A DNA stretch of 64,000 nt. Origin: an uncultured Bacteroidales bacterium. Lineage in GTDB: Bacteria > Bacteroidota > Bacteroidia > Bacteroidales > FEN-979. The translations under genes and the position numbers were made by a program. This document shows, one piece after another, positions 43,689 to 52,979 of this stretch. Under the pieces are notes generated by a model. The model did no database searches. It was not told the DNA's origin and worked only from the letters and a program-made list of their open reading frames with translations. Position 1 is the first letter of the stretch, and the number at the start of each line of letters is the position of its first letter. The DNA is taken from NCBI GenBank assembly GCA_903885595.1, contig CAISJJ010000158.1, forward strand, positions 3,984 to 67,983. Reading direction: 5' to 3'.

Positions 43689-45590
43689 TCATTGGTGAGA
43701 ATAAATTTTAGAATTATCACGATAGGCAGGATTGGTATACCAATCGGTGAAAAGAACACCGCCTGACTCGGCCCATTCAATAAATTTGGTATAAGCCTGG
43801 TTGATAGGGATTTTTTCACCAGGGTAATCAAAAGCTACAGGAAAATCGAGCGCCCAGGGAACGTTCATAGCAGTGCGGTAATATTTGCTTAACAAAAGGT
43901 TACTTGCGTCATCGTACATGCCGAAGTAACTGGTGTTTACAAGTGAGGTTGGAGGATCGTTCAGGAGGTGTAATTCCTGTCCACGGGTTTGATTGATGAT
44001 CAGGAAGGGATTCCAGGAACTGACCAGAAAATCTGCTGCGGTAAATGGCCCTCCGCCCGTAACGCTGATAGTATATTCTATCGGAACAGGGGTTACAAAA
44101 GGACTGCCAAGGGGTGTATTGGCAAACCCTTTCATCAGGCTCCAGGTATCGTCAAAAACGATGCAGGTCGGGAGTGATTGTCCAGCTTCCAGGTGGTTTG
44201 AACCATTTAAAGTCACAACGCCACCGCTCAGGTTATACCCGGTTGCATTGATGTGGGCAAGCGCTGCAGGGTTCATGCCAGGCAATTGAAAACCGAAGCC
44301 GTTTCTTAATTGTGCTCCATTGGCACGGACAGTGAAGGTTGCATTTATCTCTACCACTTCGTTCAGGTAATTGGTTACCGTTAGAAAACGGTATCCCAGC
44401 ACCAGGTCATTGAAATCATAATCTCCCTTGGCAGGCCAAAGGTCTTCAAATACCAATGTGCCATCAGAAAGTACAGGAAAATAATTGTTGAAGGCCCGCA
44501 ATGGGTCATTGGGATAATCGTCAGAGATGTCGGGTACACCGTCCCCATCAGAATCCAGTTGAGGCATTGGAATCGGGACAACATTGCATCCGCCCTCCAG
44601 GGTTCCGTCATGTCCGTGGGAAGTACGGTCTTTCACACTTCCGGGAACAGGTAACGTTTCATCGCAATCCCATGATCCCGTAAGATGGCTGTACTGGGGA
44701 TGAAGGTTGTTGATTTTTTTGTCATGATCCGACATGATTTCACCCGCTGAACGACAATAGTCCCAGTTTCTTACTTCATCGATTTGACCATGCCAGTGAC
44801 CCTGAGTATTACCACCATTCTTTAATACACCAACCGTAAACGGTTCTGAAGAACTGAGGTTAGCCATATAAGCAACGTCGTTGTCGTCGAATTCAAGAGC
44901 GCCGTCAATGTACAATTTCACGTGGTCCGACTGTCGGGTAACCGCTACATGATGCCAGTTCCCATCATTGATGGCGGTTGTTGAACTTCCGCTTGCATGT
45001 GAATTATAATAAACCTGAACGGTTCCGTCATTGAAAATGTATGTCGAATATCCAAACCCTTTTCCAAAGATTCTGCGATACCATGTATCACTTGAAGCAT
45101 CCGAGGTTTTCACCCAGGCTTCACAAGTGAAATCACCGGTACCCGGGTTGAATTCCGAATGATCACCCATATCAGCCCGACCTGTACCATCAAGATCGAG
45201 CCCCTTGTTACTTGAGGAAAGGATGTCTTTTAATGACAGTGAAACCTGGAGGATGTTCTGGCTCAGTGTGATCTTCTGATTGTTTATCACCACTTCATTG
45301 ATTACCGATGGAAGGCTCAGGTTAATAATGGTCTCGATTTTACCTGTTGGTATGACACACTTATGATACAGTGAGTTTCCGTCGACAGAAGTGATCTTCA
45401 CGATCGTGTTGCTTTTCCCAGTAACCAGAAAGGTTAATTCACGCGACATCTTCCAGTCGAAATTCTCTGCAGTGGCCAGTTTGTCCATCGTCTTGGATCC
45501 AGGGTTGCTGCCGGGAATTGATAATTCTTTCTTGCAATTGGTGAAAAATACCATCGAAAGAAACAGGATGAATATTATTTGGATTTTCAT
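43689..45590 (-). CDS. Lipoprotein with LamG (concanavalin-like) domain, TSP3-like Ca-binding motif and LruC-type C-terminal domain
   Basis: 633 aa with lipobox VFFTN-C-KKE. LamG-like FTCEAWVKT...NDGNWHHVAVT...LYIDG...GQIDEVRNW. DSDGDGVPDISDDYPNDP. LruC-like FEDLWPAKGDYDFNDLVLGYRF. Confidence 0.7.
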   Translation of the reverse strand: MKIQIIFILFLSMVFFTNCKKELSIPGSNPGSKTMDKLATAENFDWKMSRELTFLVTGKSNTIVKITSVDGNSLYHKCVIPTGKIETIINLSLPSVINEVVINNQKITLSQNILQVSLSLKDILSSSNKGLDLDGTGRADMGDHSEFNPGTGDFTCEAWVKTSDASSDTWYRRIFGKGFGYSTYIFNDGTVQVYYNSHASGSSTTAINDGNWHHVAVTRQSDHVKLYIDGALEFDDNDVAYMANLSSSEPFTVGVLKNGGNTQGHWHGQIDEVRNWDYCRSAGEIMSDHDKKINNLHPQYSHLTGSWDCDETLPVPGSVKDRTSHGHDGTLEGGCNVVPIPMPQLDSDGDGVPDISDDYPNDPLRAFNNYFPVLSDGTLVFEDLWPAKGDYDFNDLVLGYRFLTVTNYLNEVVEINATFTVRANGAQLRNGFGFQLPGMNPAALAHINATGYNLSGGVVTLNGSNHLEAGQSLPTCIVFDDTWSLMKGFANTPLGSPFVTPVPIEYTISVTGGGPFTAADFLVSSWNPFLIINQTRGQELHLLNDPPTSLVNTSYFGMYDDASNLLLSKYYRTAMNVPWALDFPVAFDYPGEKIPINQAYTKFIEWAESGGVLFTDWYTNPAYRDNSKIYSHQ

Positions 45591-45832
45591 TTTTTAATTT
45601 TTTTGCAAAAGTAATATTAATTAGTCTCATTCCAAATAGTAGCATGAAAAAATTGTAAAAAAAGAACGATCATAAGTAAAAACGTTCATGCAAACTTTGA
45701 AAAAGAATCATATAATAGCAGTAAACAATACGCATGGTTTCGACGACCACATTGCTTTTGCAGATCGGATCCTTTATTGAAGAATGACAGGGAATGGTGA
45801 GTAGAGGGTGGGGGGATGCTATTCCGTATTAA

Positions 45833-46396
45833 TCAGGATGCCATCATCCCGACGAACTCAGCACTTGAGTTCAATTTCAATTCGAAGCTTTTATGACGTT
45901 TGGCTGTCAGCTCATTGGGGTTGGAAATTTCAGCAAATCCTGCATCGATGCAAAGCTTGGAAATCCCCTGATGAATGTCGTCCGGATCAATTTGTATCTT
46001 TTTCATACTTTTTTGCCTTGACCATTCTATGGCCACCTTAAGCAGTTTTTTTCCAAAATGAGGGCGTCTGTAGTCGGACCGTAGATACAGACGCTTCACC
46101 ACAGCCACTCCTGGTTTGATTTCCATGATACCAACACAACCAATGGTATTGTTATTCTGTGTCAGGATAAATGCAACGCCCTTGGGTGCGCTGTATAACT
46201 CGGTGATGGATGATAATTCCCTTAGAAAACTTTGATAGCAGAGATCAAAATCGATACTGGTTGCAAATTCAAGTAGCAAGAGTTTGAGACGGTCAAAATC
46301 AACCTCTGATTTGACAAGAGTGATTGAAGTTGATTTAAAATCGTGTATGTGCATGAAGGTACTTTTACTTGCTGTAAACTTGATACTTTTACGCAA
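45833..46396 (-). CDS. GNAT family N-acetyltransferase
   Basis: The track start is a TTG; the ATG at 46354 gives MHIHDF.... Acetyl-CoA motif region VVKRLYLRSDYRRPHFGKKLLKVAIEW. Confidence 0.7.
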   Translation of the reverse strand: MRKSIKFTASKSTFMHIHDFKSTSITLVKSEVDFDRLKLLLLEFATSIDFDLCYQSFLRELSSITELYSAPKGVAFILTQNNNTIGCVGIMEIKPGVAVVKRLYLRSDYRRPHFGKKLLKVAIEWSRQKSMKKIQIDPDDIHQGISKLCIDAGFAEISNPNELTAKRHKSFELKLNSSAEFVGMMAS

Positions 46397-46506
46397 ATGT
46401 ACATCTCCAGGCTTCCCAAGTCAAATAACAGTTAGCATGTGTTAAGATCAAATTCGTAACTGTTGGGAAAAAGGCTCCAATTGTAATTCAGGCCTTGTAC
46501 AAATCG

Positions 46507-47619
46507 TTATTTTGAGGGCACTGTAAAGATAAATTTGCTTCCCTGACCAAGTGTACTTTCAACACGGATTGTTCCTCCGTTTTTTTCGACAAACTCTTTA
46601 CAAAGGAGCAATCCAAGTCCGGTTCCTTTTTCATTCTCAGTCCCCCTGGTTTTAACGGTTTCACCTGTTTTAAAGAGTTTGACAAGGTTTTCAGGTGTAA
46701 TGCCTGTGCCCGTATCGCTGATGGATATTTCCCACAAATTATCAACCTGGTTGGAATGGATGGTTATTTTCCCTCCTTTAACTGTAAATTTAATCGCATT
46801 GGTCAGCAAATTCCTGATGATGGTTGACATTGAATTGTGGTCGGCATATATAAAGCAATCGGGAGGGGTGAAATTGTAAAGGTGAATTTGTTTCTTTTCA
46901 GCTGTTGATTTCAGCAAATTAAAGTTTTCATATATAATCCGGCCAAGGCTAAGCTCCTCGAAGGCAAACTGGATCTTTCCGGTTTGAATTCGCGACCATT
47001 CAAGCAGGTTCTCCAGCAGTTTGAACGCTGACTGGGCGGAGATCTCGATGTTTTCAATGAACTCTTTCCGTTCCGATTCGCTCAACTCATCATAGTCCTG
47101 CAATAAAAGAGAGGCCAACCCCAGAATTCCGTTAAACGGACTTTTCAGGTCATGAGAAATGATTGACATCAATTTATCCCGGCTGGCATAAAGATCGCGC
47201 AATTGATCTTCCATTCTTTTTTTTTCCCGCAGAGACTCTATCATCTGGTTAAAGGCAATTGAAAAATCCCCCAGGTAGCTGACTTTCTGGTTATAGTCGC
47301 CTTTGGCAATCTGCTGGGTTTGCCAGGTAAGATGTTTTAGATTGGATTGGAGTTGCTTATAATGAGATATTACATAATTCTGCCGGGGCGGCTCAAGGTC
47401 AAGGTTTCCATCTGCAAGTGCATTGATAAACCCGGTACCTTCATGATATTGGCGAATAAATTCTTTAAAACTTCCAATAAATGAGATGTAATCTGGATTT
47501 TCGGTTATATCATCATTAATGCTGTTCAGTAAGGCTAAACCTTCTTCAAGTTCGCCATCCATCAACAGATGAAGTGTTTGGTCTAAACTGGTTATAATTT
47601 GTTCCTCGCTGTTATCCAA
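46507..47619 (-). CDS. Soluble sensor histidine kinase with HAMP-like linker
   Basis: 370 aa with no TM segment. HAMP-like IAKGDYNQKVSYLGDFSIAFNQMIESL, H-box SHDLKSPFNGILG, G-box GTGLGLLLCKEFV. The TTG start is 7 nt after the V4R gene's stop (alternative ATG at 47562). No receiver domain. Confidence 0.85.
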   Translation of the reverse strand: MDNSEEQIITSLDQTLHLLMDGELEEGLALLNSINDDITENPDYISFIGSFKEFIRQYHEGTGFINALADGNLDLEPPRQNYVISHYKQLQSNLKHLTWQTQQIAKGDYNQKVSYLGDFSIAFNQMIESLREKKRMEDQLRDLYASRDKLMSIISHDLKSPFNGILGLASLLLQDYDELSESERKEFIENIEISAQSAFKLLENLLEWSRIQTGKIQFAFEELSLGRIIYENFNLLKSTAEKKQIHLYNFTPPDCFIYADHNSMSTIIRNLLTNAIKFTVKGGKITIHSNQVDNLWEISISDTGTGITPENLVKLFKTGETVKTRGTENEKGTGLGLLLCKEFVEKNGGTIRVESTLGQGSKFIFTVPSK

Positions 47620-47626
47620 GAGATGT

Positions 47627-48181
47627 CTATTCAGGAATCATGTCAACAGTAAACCGGCAGGTACGTTCCCCGGTTCCCCAGCAGTCAATTTCTTTCACTA
47701 CGAACTTCTTATTAGTATAACAATTCATGATTCCTGCAATGAATCCTTCATCATAATCGCAAAACGCAACACCGGAATAGGGGAGCCCTGAACAATCGAG
47801 GTCTTCGGAAACCGCCATAACGAATGAAAATTTCTCCAAATCAGCATTTTCAACCCGTAGCAGTCCGATGCCAAAGTTGAGCAGGGAATCGGTCAGGTTA
47901 GCAACAAATCCATTGAAATCGAGGGTTGTATCGAGTGCATTTTTGCAAAACTCAAATCCGGCTTTAAATCCGGCATCAACAAAAATTTCATTTGTTTTTT
48001 GCGGACCAAATTGTTTTTCAATCACGTCGCGCATGGTATACTGCATCAGCCTGTAAACCGCTACATGTGTCAAGGGGCCAAGCTTAGGACGTCCAAGCTC
48101 GATATCACCCAGATCTTTCCACTTAAAGTTGTATTTAGGCGTAGATTCCATGAGATGGGATTGTAAGTTGTATTGTTCCAA
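47627..48181 (-). CDS. V4R-domain (small hydrophobic ligand-binding) protein
   Basis: C-terminal FCDYDEGFIAGIMNCYTNKKFVVKEIDCWGTGERTCRFTV fits the V4R Cys pattern. The likely start is ATG 48151 (MESTPKYNFKW). Confidence 0.6.
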   Translation of the reverse strand: MEQYNLQSHLMESTPKYNFKWKDLGDIELGRPKLGPLTHVAVYRLMQYTMRDVIEKQFGPQKTNEIFVDAGFKAGFEFCKNALDTTLDFNGFVANLTDSLLNFGIGLLRVENADLEKFSFVMAVSEDLDCSGLPYSGVAFCDYDEGFIAGIMNCYTNKKFVVKEIDCWGTGERTCRFTVDMIPE

Positions 48182-48214
48182 ACGTTAAAAATACTAAAAA
48201 GTATCAGACGATGG

Positions 48215-50848
48215 TTACATCAGAATATCTTTTTTCAGATTCAGGATTTTTTGACTGTGGTCTTTGCTATAGTCAAACTGTATATCCCCTTTAGCCCTGA
48301 AAAGACGCAGAAAATTAAGATCATACCACCAAACTCCTTTCCCGACCTTTAAACCACTGAGAATATCGATACGGGTATCCCCGTTTGGCAGTGTCTTAAC
48401 TTTGAACTTTGTATTATTCATAATTTTCAGCTGATCAAAAATCACTTGCTTTCCTTCCTCTGTGAACACCGTCACAATCCCTTCTTCGTTTTTCATCATT
48501 TTAAGTTTTCCGATCCGTTCAAAGACAACCGGAGCATCAGCCTTAAACCTGGGGTTATATTTTTCGAATGCCTGCTGAATTTCTCTCCCTGAAATAGCTA
48601 TATTATTGATTCTCATCAGGGCAAAGGTGGCAAAGAGCCCGGAAATCGTTTTCTCACACTTGGTGGCAACCTGTTTGTCATTCTCCTCTTTCAGGGAAAC
48701 AATAACATCGAACTCGGTTTCCAGATTGAGTGTGATATGATCTGTATTCATACCAACCTTATCAGCGTAGGAGCCGGTATAGTAAACATTGTCACTGGCA
48801 TCGAAACTGATTCCCCAACCGGTAAAATTTGCATCCGGGGGAAACCGGCGTGTAGAGATGCTTTGTCCGGCATTGGTAAAGGTGGATGAAAAAATGCAAT
48901 CACCGGTCACCCCGGTCGTATCCTGCGATACCTGGTTGAGCCAGATGAGGCGTCCATCTCCGTTGAATTTTGCAACAAAAACGGATGAATTGGTATCAGC
49001 CAGAGTCATGATTCTCCCAAATGAGATGTTTTTTTCAAATATTCCGCTTACATAAATATTCCCTTTTTGATCAAGGGCAATATTGTATCCCATGCTGTTT
49101 CCTTCGCTGCCGCCCGCAATGGCCCAAACGGGGTTCCCGGCCGGATTAAATTTTGCAAGAAACGCATCATTCTTTCCGTTGGCCGATGATAAGGTCGCAC
49201 CGCCAAAAATGGCTTTTTCACGAAAATATCCGGTCACATAAAAATTCCCTTCGCCATCGATACAATAGTTCTGACGGATATCACCTTTCTGCCCGCCTCC
49301 GGCCTGTACTTTTTCCCAAACGGTAGCCAGGTTATCCTCTTTGTTACGTTCGCTCGCCAGTTCGATGATTCCCGCTTTGGCATTTGCCAGACCCGGCATG
49401 GTACATCCGAACGGGGCATTGACATAGGTTGGATCAGCGATCAGGTATTTCTCTCCCTTATAGGTGATATAATCTCCTGCCTCCTCCGACGGGAACCTGA
49501 CTGCAGTGGCAATATGGCCAGGGTAAACCACTCCAACTACCTTGAACCCTAATAATTCTTTGACCAGGTAGGCAAAAAATACAGCGCGATCATCACAATC
49601 GGAATACTGATAGTAAAAATCCTCCTCCGGAAAAAAATATTTTTCTTCGCCATTGAATTGCTCCTGGTCGGTTTTATATGGAAATCCCTTCTGGACAAAA
49701 TTCAGCAGAAAATCCACCGCATCGGCTGCTGATAATCCGTTTAACTGCGGTTTCAGGGCGTTAAGTATTGATTCCTTTGATTCAGGTGTAAGCGCTGCAT
49801 CAAAATATATATTCAGGTCACAAAGAGGGAAATCCTTGTAGAAAGCAATGGAGTTCAGGTTGTATCTTACTGTTAAGCTGTATTCCCTGTTTTTATATGA
49901 AAGATTGAAGGTGCGCTCAGCAAACTGATCCCCTATGTTAAGGGCATTATACACATTGAGGTCGAAAACGCCTGTGGCGCCGGGAAAATCTTGTTCGTAA
50001 GTATAAATTTGATTTGGGGTGAAGTCTGGCGCATAGAATTTTACCTGGTCAATGAGGAAATACCTTAAGCCAAAGATGGTATTGGACGATGGGAACATGA
50101 GTGCGATCTGATTCTCTGCGTAGGCCACCCGAACCCGGTATCCCGATTTTGTCAGCAGAAACCAGCTGAGCAGCCTTGAGTAATTTTTTGAAGGACTGAT
50201 CAGTTCTGCGGTTTTTTTCACCAGCATATAGTATCCCCAGTCATTCAGGTTCATCAGGGTCCGGGTATCCTGTAGCATTCTGATCAGTCCCGGATAATTT
50301 GCCTGATTGATGCGGTCCCAGAAATCGGCAATGTCGGTGTTGTGAATCTCGTCGGGAAGTCTACCTGAGAGAGTGGAATCATAGAGAATTGACAGTTTTG
50401 CCCCGTAAAAATCGAGGATTATTCCTTCGGGTTCAACAAGTGGTTCTGCCGGTTCCGATTTTATCACCATGGGTAAATTGGGTACAGGCTGGAGCACTGG
50501 CGCGGCAATTCCCTGCAAGGGCTGCACCGGAATCTCTCTCGGAATTTCTGCCGGCCTTACTTTCCGGATTGAGGGATCGAATACAGGCAATGCTGGGGGT
50601 TTAGGCGTGGTATCAGGTTTTATCCCCGTAAAGAGCCTGAATTCAACCCAGTTTTCCCTCAGATAATCGGAAAATTCCTGGTCAATCTCCTCGACATACT
50701 GATCAAATTCCAGTTGATTCTGACGGGTAAACGCATCGAACTCCCGTTGCATAGCCTTTTCAATCTCGCCAAAAGTGGAGTCGGCCTGGCCATAACTTCC
50801 AAGCCCTGCTGATAAAAGGATCATCAGAACAATAAACTTATATTGCAT
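48215..50848 (-). CDS. Secreted protein: Pro-rich linker, transglutaminase-like Cys-His-Asp core, beta-propeller (SBBP-like) repeats
   Basis: ATG 50848 gives the signal peptide MQYKFIVLMILLSAGLGSYGQ. Core YSDCDDRAVFFAYLVKELLGFKVVGVVYPGHIATAV...YLIADPTY. Repeats GNFYVTGYF, GNIYVSGIF, DNVYYTGSY. Confidence 0.6.
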   Translation of the reverse strand: MQYKFIVLMILLSAGLGSYGQADSTFGEIEKAMQREFDAFTRQNQLEFDQYVEEIDQEFSDYLRENWVEFRLFTGIKPDTTPKPPALPVFDPSIRKVRPAEIPREIPVQPLQGIAAPVLQPVPNLPMVIKSEPAEPLVEPEGIILDFYGAKLSILYDSTLSGRLPDEIHNTDIADFWDRINQANYPGLIRMLQDTRTLMNLNDWGYYMLVKKTAELISPSKNYSRLLSWFLLTKSGYRVRVAYAENQIALMFPSSNTIFGLRYFLIDQVKFYAPDFTPNQIYTYEQDFPGATGVFDLNVYNALNIGDQFAERTFNLSYKNREYSLTVRYNLNSIAFYKDFPLCDLNIYFDAALTPESKESILNALKPQLNGLSAADAVDFLLNFVQKGFPYKTDQEQFNGEEKYFFPEEDFYYQYSDCDDRAVFFAYLVKELLGFKVVGVVYPGHIATAVRFPSEEAGDYITYKGEKYLIADPTYVNAPFGCTMPGLANAKAGIIELASERNKEDNLATVWEKVQAGGGQKGDIRQNYCIDGEGNFYVTGYFREKAIFGGATLSSANGKNDAFLAKFNPAGNPVWAIAGGSEGNSMGYNIALDQKGNIYVSGIFEKNISFGRIMTLADTNSSVFVAKFNGDGRLIWLNQVSQDTTGVTGDCIFSSTFTNAGQSISTRRFPPDANFTGWGISFDASDNVYYTGSYADKVGMNTDHITLNLETEFDVIVSLKEENDKQVATKCEKTISGLFATFALMRINNIAISGREIQQAFEKYNPRFKADAPVVFERIGKLKMMKNEEGIVTVFTEEGKQVIFDQLKIMNNTKFKVKTLPNGDTRIDILSGLKVGKGVWWYDLNFLRLFRAKGDIQFDYSKDHSQKILNLKKDILM

Positions 50849-50855
50849 GGGGGCG

Positions 50856-51506
50856 TTATTTCGGGGGATCCTGCAGCAGTTTGTCAACCTGTTCGTCCGT
50901 CTTCTTCAGTTTTTCCTTCAACTCATTGCGGATTGCCTTTTTTGCGATGGCAAAACTCTGTTTCGTTTCATAAAATATTTTGACCTGCACTTCGATCTTG
51001 TTTTCTTTCAGATTGCGGTAAATTTTAAAATTGGGATTGATGTACCCCAGCTGCTGAAGGAAAACACTTTTTGAAGATTGAATAACTTCGGTAATGGAGG
51101 TTGCATCCTGGGTCGATGCCTGCGCATTGGCGAGATTCGCCTTTACGAGTGAACCGATCTGGGTTTCAATAGAGCCTGCCAGCTGGAGTTTGGCCAGCTC
51201 AATGGCCTGGGCTTCAGCCACAGATTTGGATTCTGCCACACCGTTTCCATCAGCATAGATATAGAAGGGGCCGCCTTTTTCATCGGTCTGTAACTGCTTC
51301 ATCCAGGCATCTTCTACCAGTTTATCCAGCGGAAGGGATCCCGGGTTTGTTTTCCAGCCCTCTTTCGAAAGTTTTTTAGCCTCCTTCTGCGCTTCCTTCA
51401 TGGCATCTTCCCTGACCTCTTTCTTGAGTTCTTTCTCGGTTTTCTGGGCGAATGCAACAGAAGCGACAAACATTGCCATTACTGCAAGAATGTAAATTTT
51501 TTTCAT
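50856..51506 (-). CDS. Secreted LPP20-like protein
   Basis: 216 aa with signal peptide MKKIYILAVMAMFVASVAFAQ. ADGNGVAESKSVAEAQAIELAKLQLAGSIETQIGSLV resembles the LPP20 pattern. The stop is 7 nt before the next gene's ATG. Confidence 0.45.
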   Translation of the reverse strand: MKKIYILAVMAMFVASVAFAQKTEKELKKEVREDAMKEAQKEAKKLSKEGWKTNPGSLPLDKLVEDAWMKQLQTDEKGGPFYIYADGNGVAESKSVAEAQAIELAKLQLAGSIETQIGSLVKANLANAQASTQDATSITEVIQSSKSVFLQQLGYINPNFKIYRNLKENKIEVQVKIFYETKQSFAIAKKAIRNELKEKLKKTDEQVDKLLQDPPK

Positions 51507-51760
51507 GGGTAGTTTTTTATTCGTTAATAAATTGATCTTATGAAATAACCAAAATAGCGTGAGCGGGTTGCACCGATGCAGTTAATATGGATATGTCATG
51601 TGATGATTTCTAATGGGTTTTCCTGATGATTGGTTATGACTCGAAATTTCGCAAGACAAATATAGGAATGTAATGGTTGTTATGCAAAAAAAGTTGCCGG
51701 AAAATATTTCATTATGATAAGATTTTTTTAATTTCGGGAAATAATAAAAAATCCAGCGGG

Positions 51761-52975
51761 ATGTTACGCAGCTGTTCGTTTTCGCTTCCATGGCTTAAAG
51801 CCGATTATTTAATCATCAATGTTGTTTTTTTTATTTCCGTTACCCTGATCGGGCTTATCACTTTTAACATTTCTGTTTTTGACCCGGTTAAAAAAGCGCT
51901 CAGCGATTTTAACTTTTCCGACCTGCTCTATTCCAGGCTTAACTCCGGAATGGAAACACTCGATACCAATGTCATTCTGGTTAATATCGGGTATCTTGAC
52001 CGCTCCGGAATTGCCGGTCAGATCAGGATAATCAGGAAGAACGAGCCCAGGGCAATCGGATTTGACGGTTTTTTCTCGGCCAGAAAAGATTCGCTTGCCG
52101 ATTTCAGGTTGAAACAACAATTATCCGACGGCAACATTGTAATGGCCAGTTACCTTACGGGTAAGGATGAACTGGAAGCGAAATTCGACGTGCTCGAAAT
52201 GTCCGATCCCTTTTTCAGTAGTGGCGCCACCGGTTATGTCAATCTTGGAGGGTCGGACCGGATCACCTCGACAGTGCGATATTTCAGTCCGTCTGAAGAT
52301 TTTCGGGGCAGGAGGATTGAACCGCTTTCGGTTGAACTTGTCAAACGATATGATCCGGTTGCCTATCAGAAACTGGAGGAACGCAGGAATGCCAGGGAAC
52401 TTATCAATTACATCGGTAACAGGAGGGCCTTTATCTGCTTCGACGCCACGGAACTCTTTGATTCTCTGACAGACATTTCCATCATGAGGGACAAAATTGT
52501 ATTGATGGGGTATATGGGGGAGTCTTTCAGTGATACAGCGGTGGAGGACATTTACTTTACCCCCATGAACCGGCAGCTGAGTGGCCGTTCGATCCCTGAT
52601 ATGTATGGTGTGGTAATTCATGCCAATATTGTAAATATGATATTAACCCGCAATTATATAAATGTAATGCCCGATTGGCTATGTATCACACTCTCCTTTA
52701 TCCTGTGTTATTTTTACATTTATTACATTACGTTGTTCAGTTACAAAAGACCCATGCTGTTCAATATTACTTTCCCGGTTTTATTACTTTTGCTTAATGT
52801 GCTGATAATCTACTTTTTCTTCCTGCTGTACAAATATTTCAATTACAGTATTAACTCCGGGTATTTTCTTGCACCCATACTTTTATTCAAGACTTTTCAG
52901 ACCTACTATGAACGGATATTGCTCTTCCTAAGCCGCCACATAAAGATCAACAGTGTTTTCATACCTAAACTCTGA
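51761..52975 (+). CDS. Stand-alone CHASE2 domain membrane protein (no cytoplasmic output domain)
   Basis: The track start (TTG at 51677) is probably too far upstream; the ATG at 51761 gives MLRSCSFSLPWLKADYLIINVVFFISVTLIGLI (TM1). CHASE2-like FDPVKKALSDFNFSDL, VILVNIGYLDR, AIGFDGFF, GYVNLG...VRYF, KIVLMGYMG...TPMN, VVIHANIVNMIL. It ends with about three TM helices and stops. Confidence 0.75.
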   Translation: MLRSCSFSLPWLKADYLIINVVFFISVTLIGLITFNISVFDPVKKALSDFNFSDLLYSRLNSGMETLDTNVILVNIGYLDRSGIAGQIRIIRKNEPRAIGFDGFFSARKDSLADFRLKQQLSDGNIVMASYLTGKDELEAKFDVLEMSDPFFSSGATGYVNLGGSDRITSTVRYFSPSEDFRGRRIEPLSVELVKRYDPVAYQKLEERRNARELINYIGNRRAFICFDATELFDSLTDISIMRDKIVLMGYMGESFSDTAVEDIYFTPMNRQLSGRSIPDMYGVVIHANIVNMILTRNYINVMPDWLCITLSFILCYFYIYYITLFSYKRPMLFNITFPVLLLLLNVLIIYFFFLLYKYFNYSINSGYFLAPILLFKTFQTYYERILLFLSRHIKINSVFIPKL

Positions 52976-52979
52976 TATT

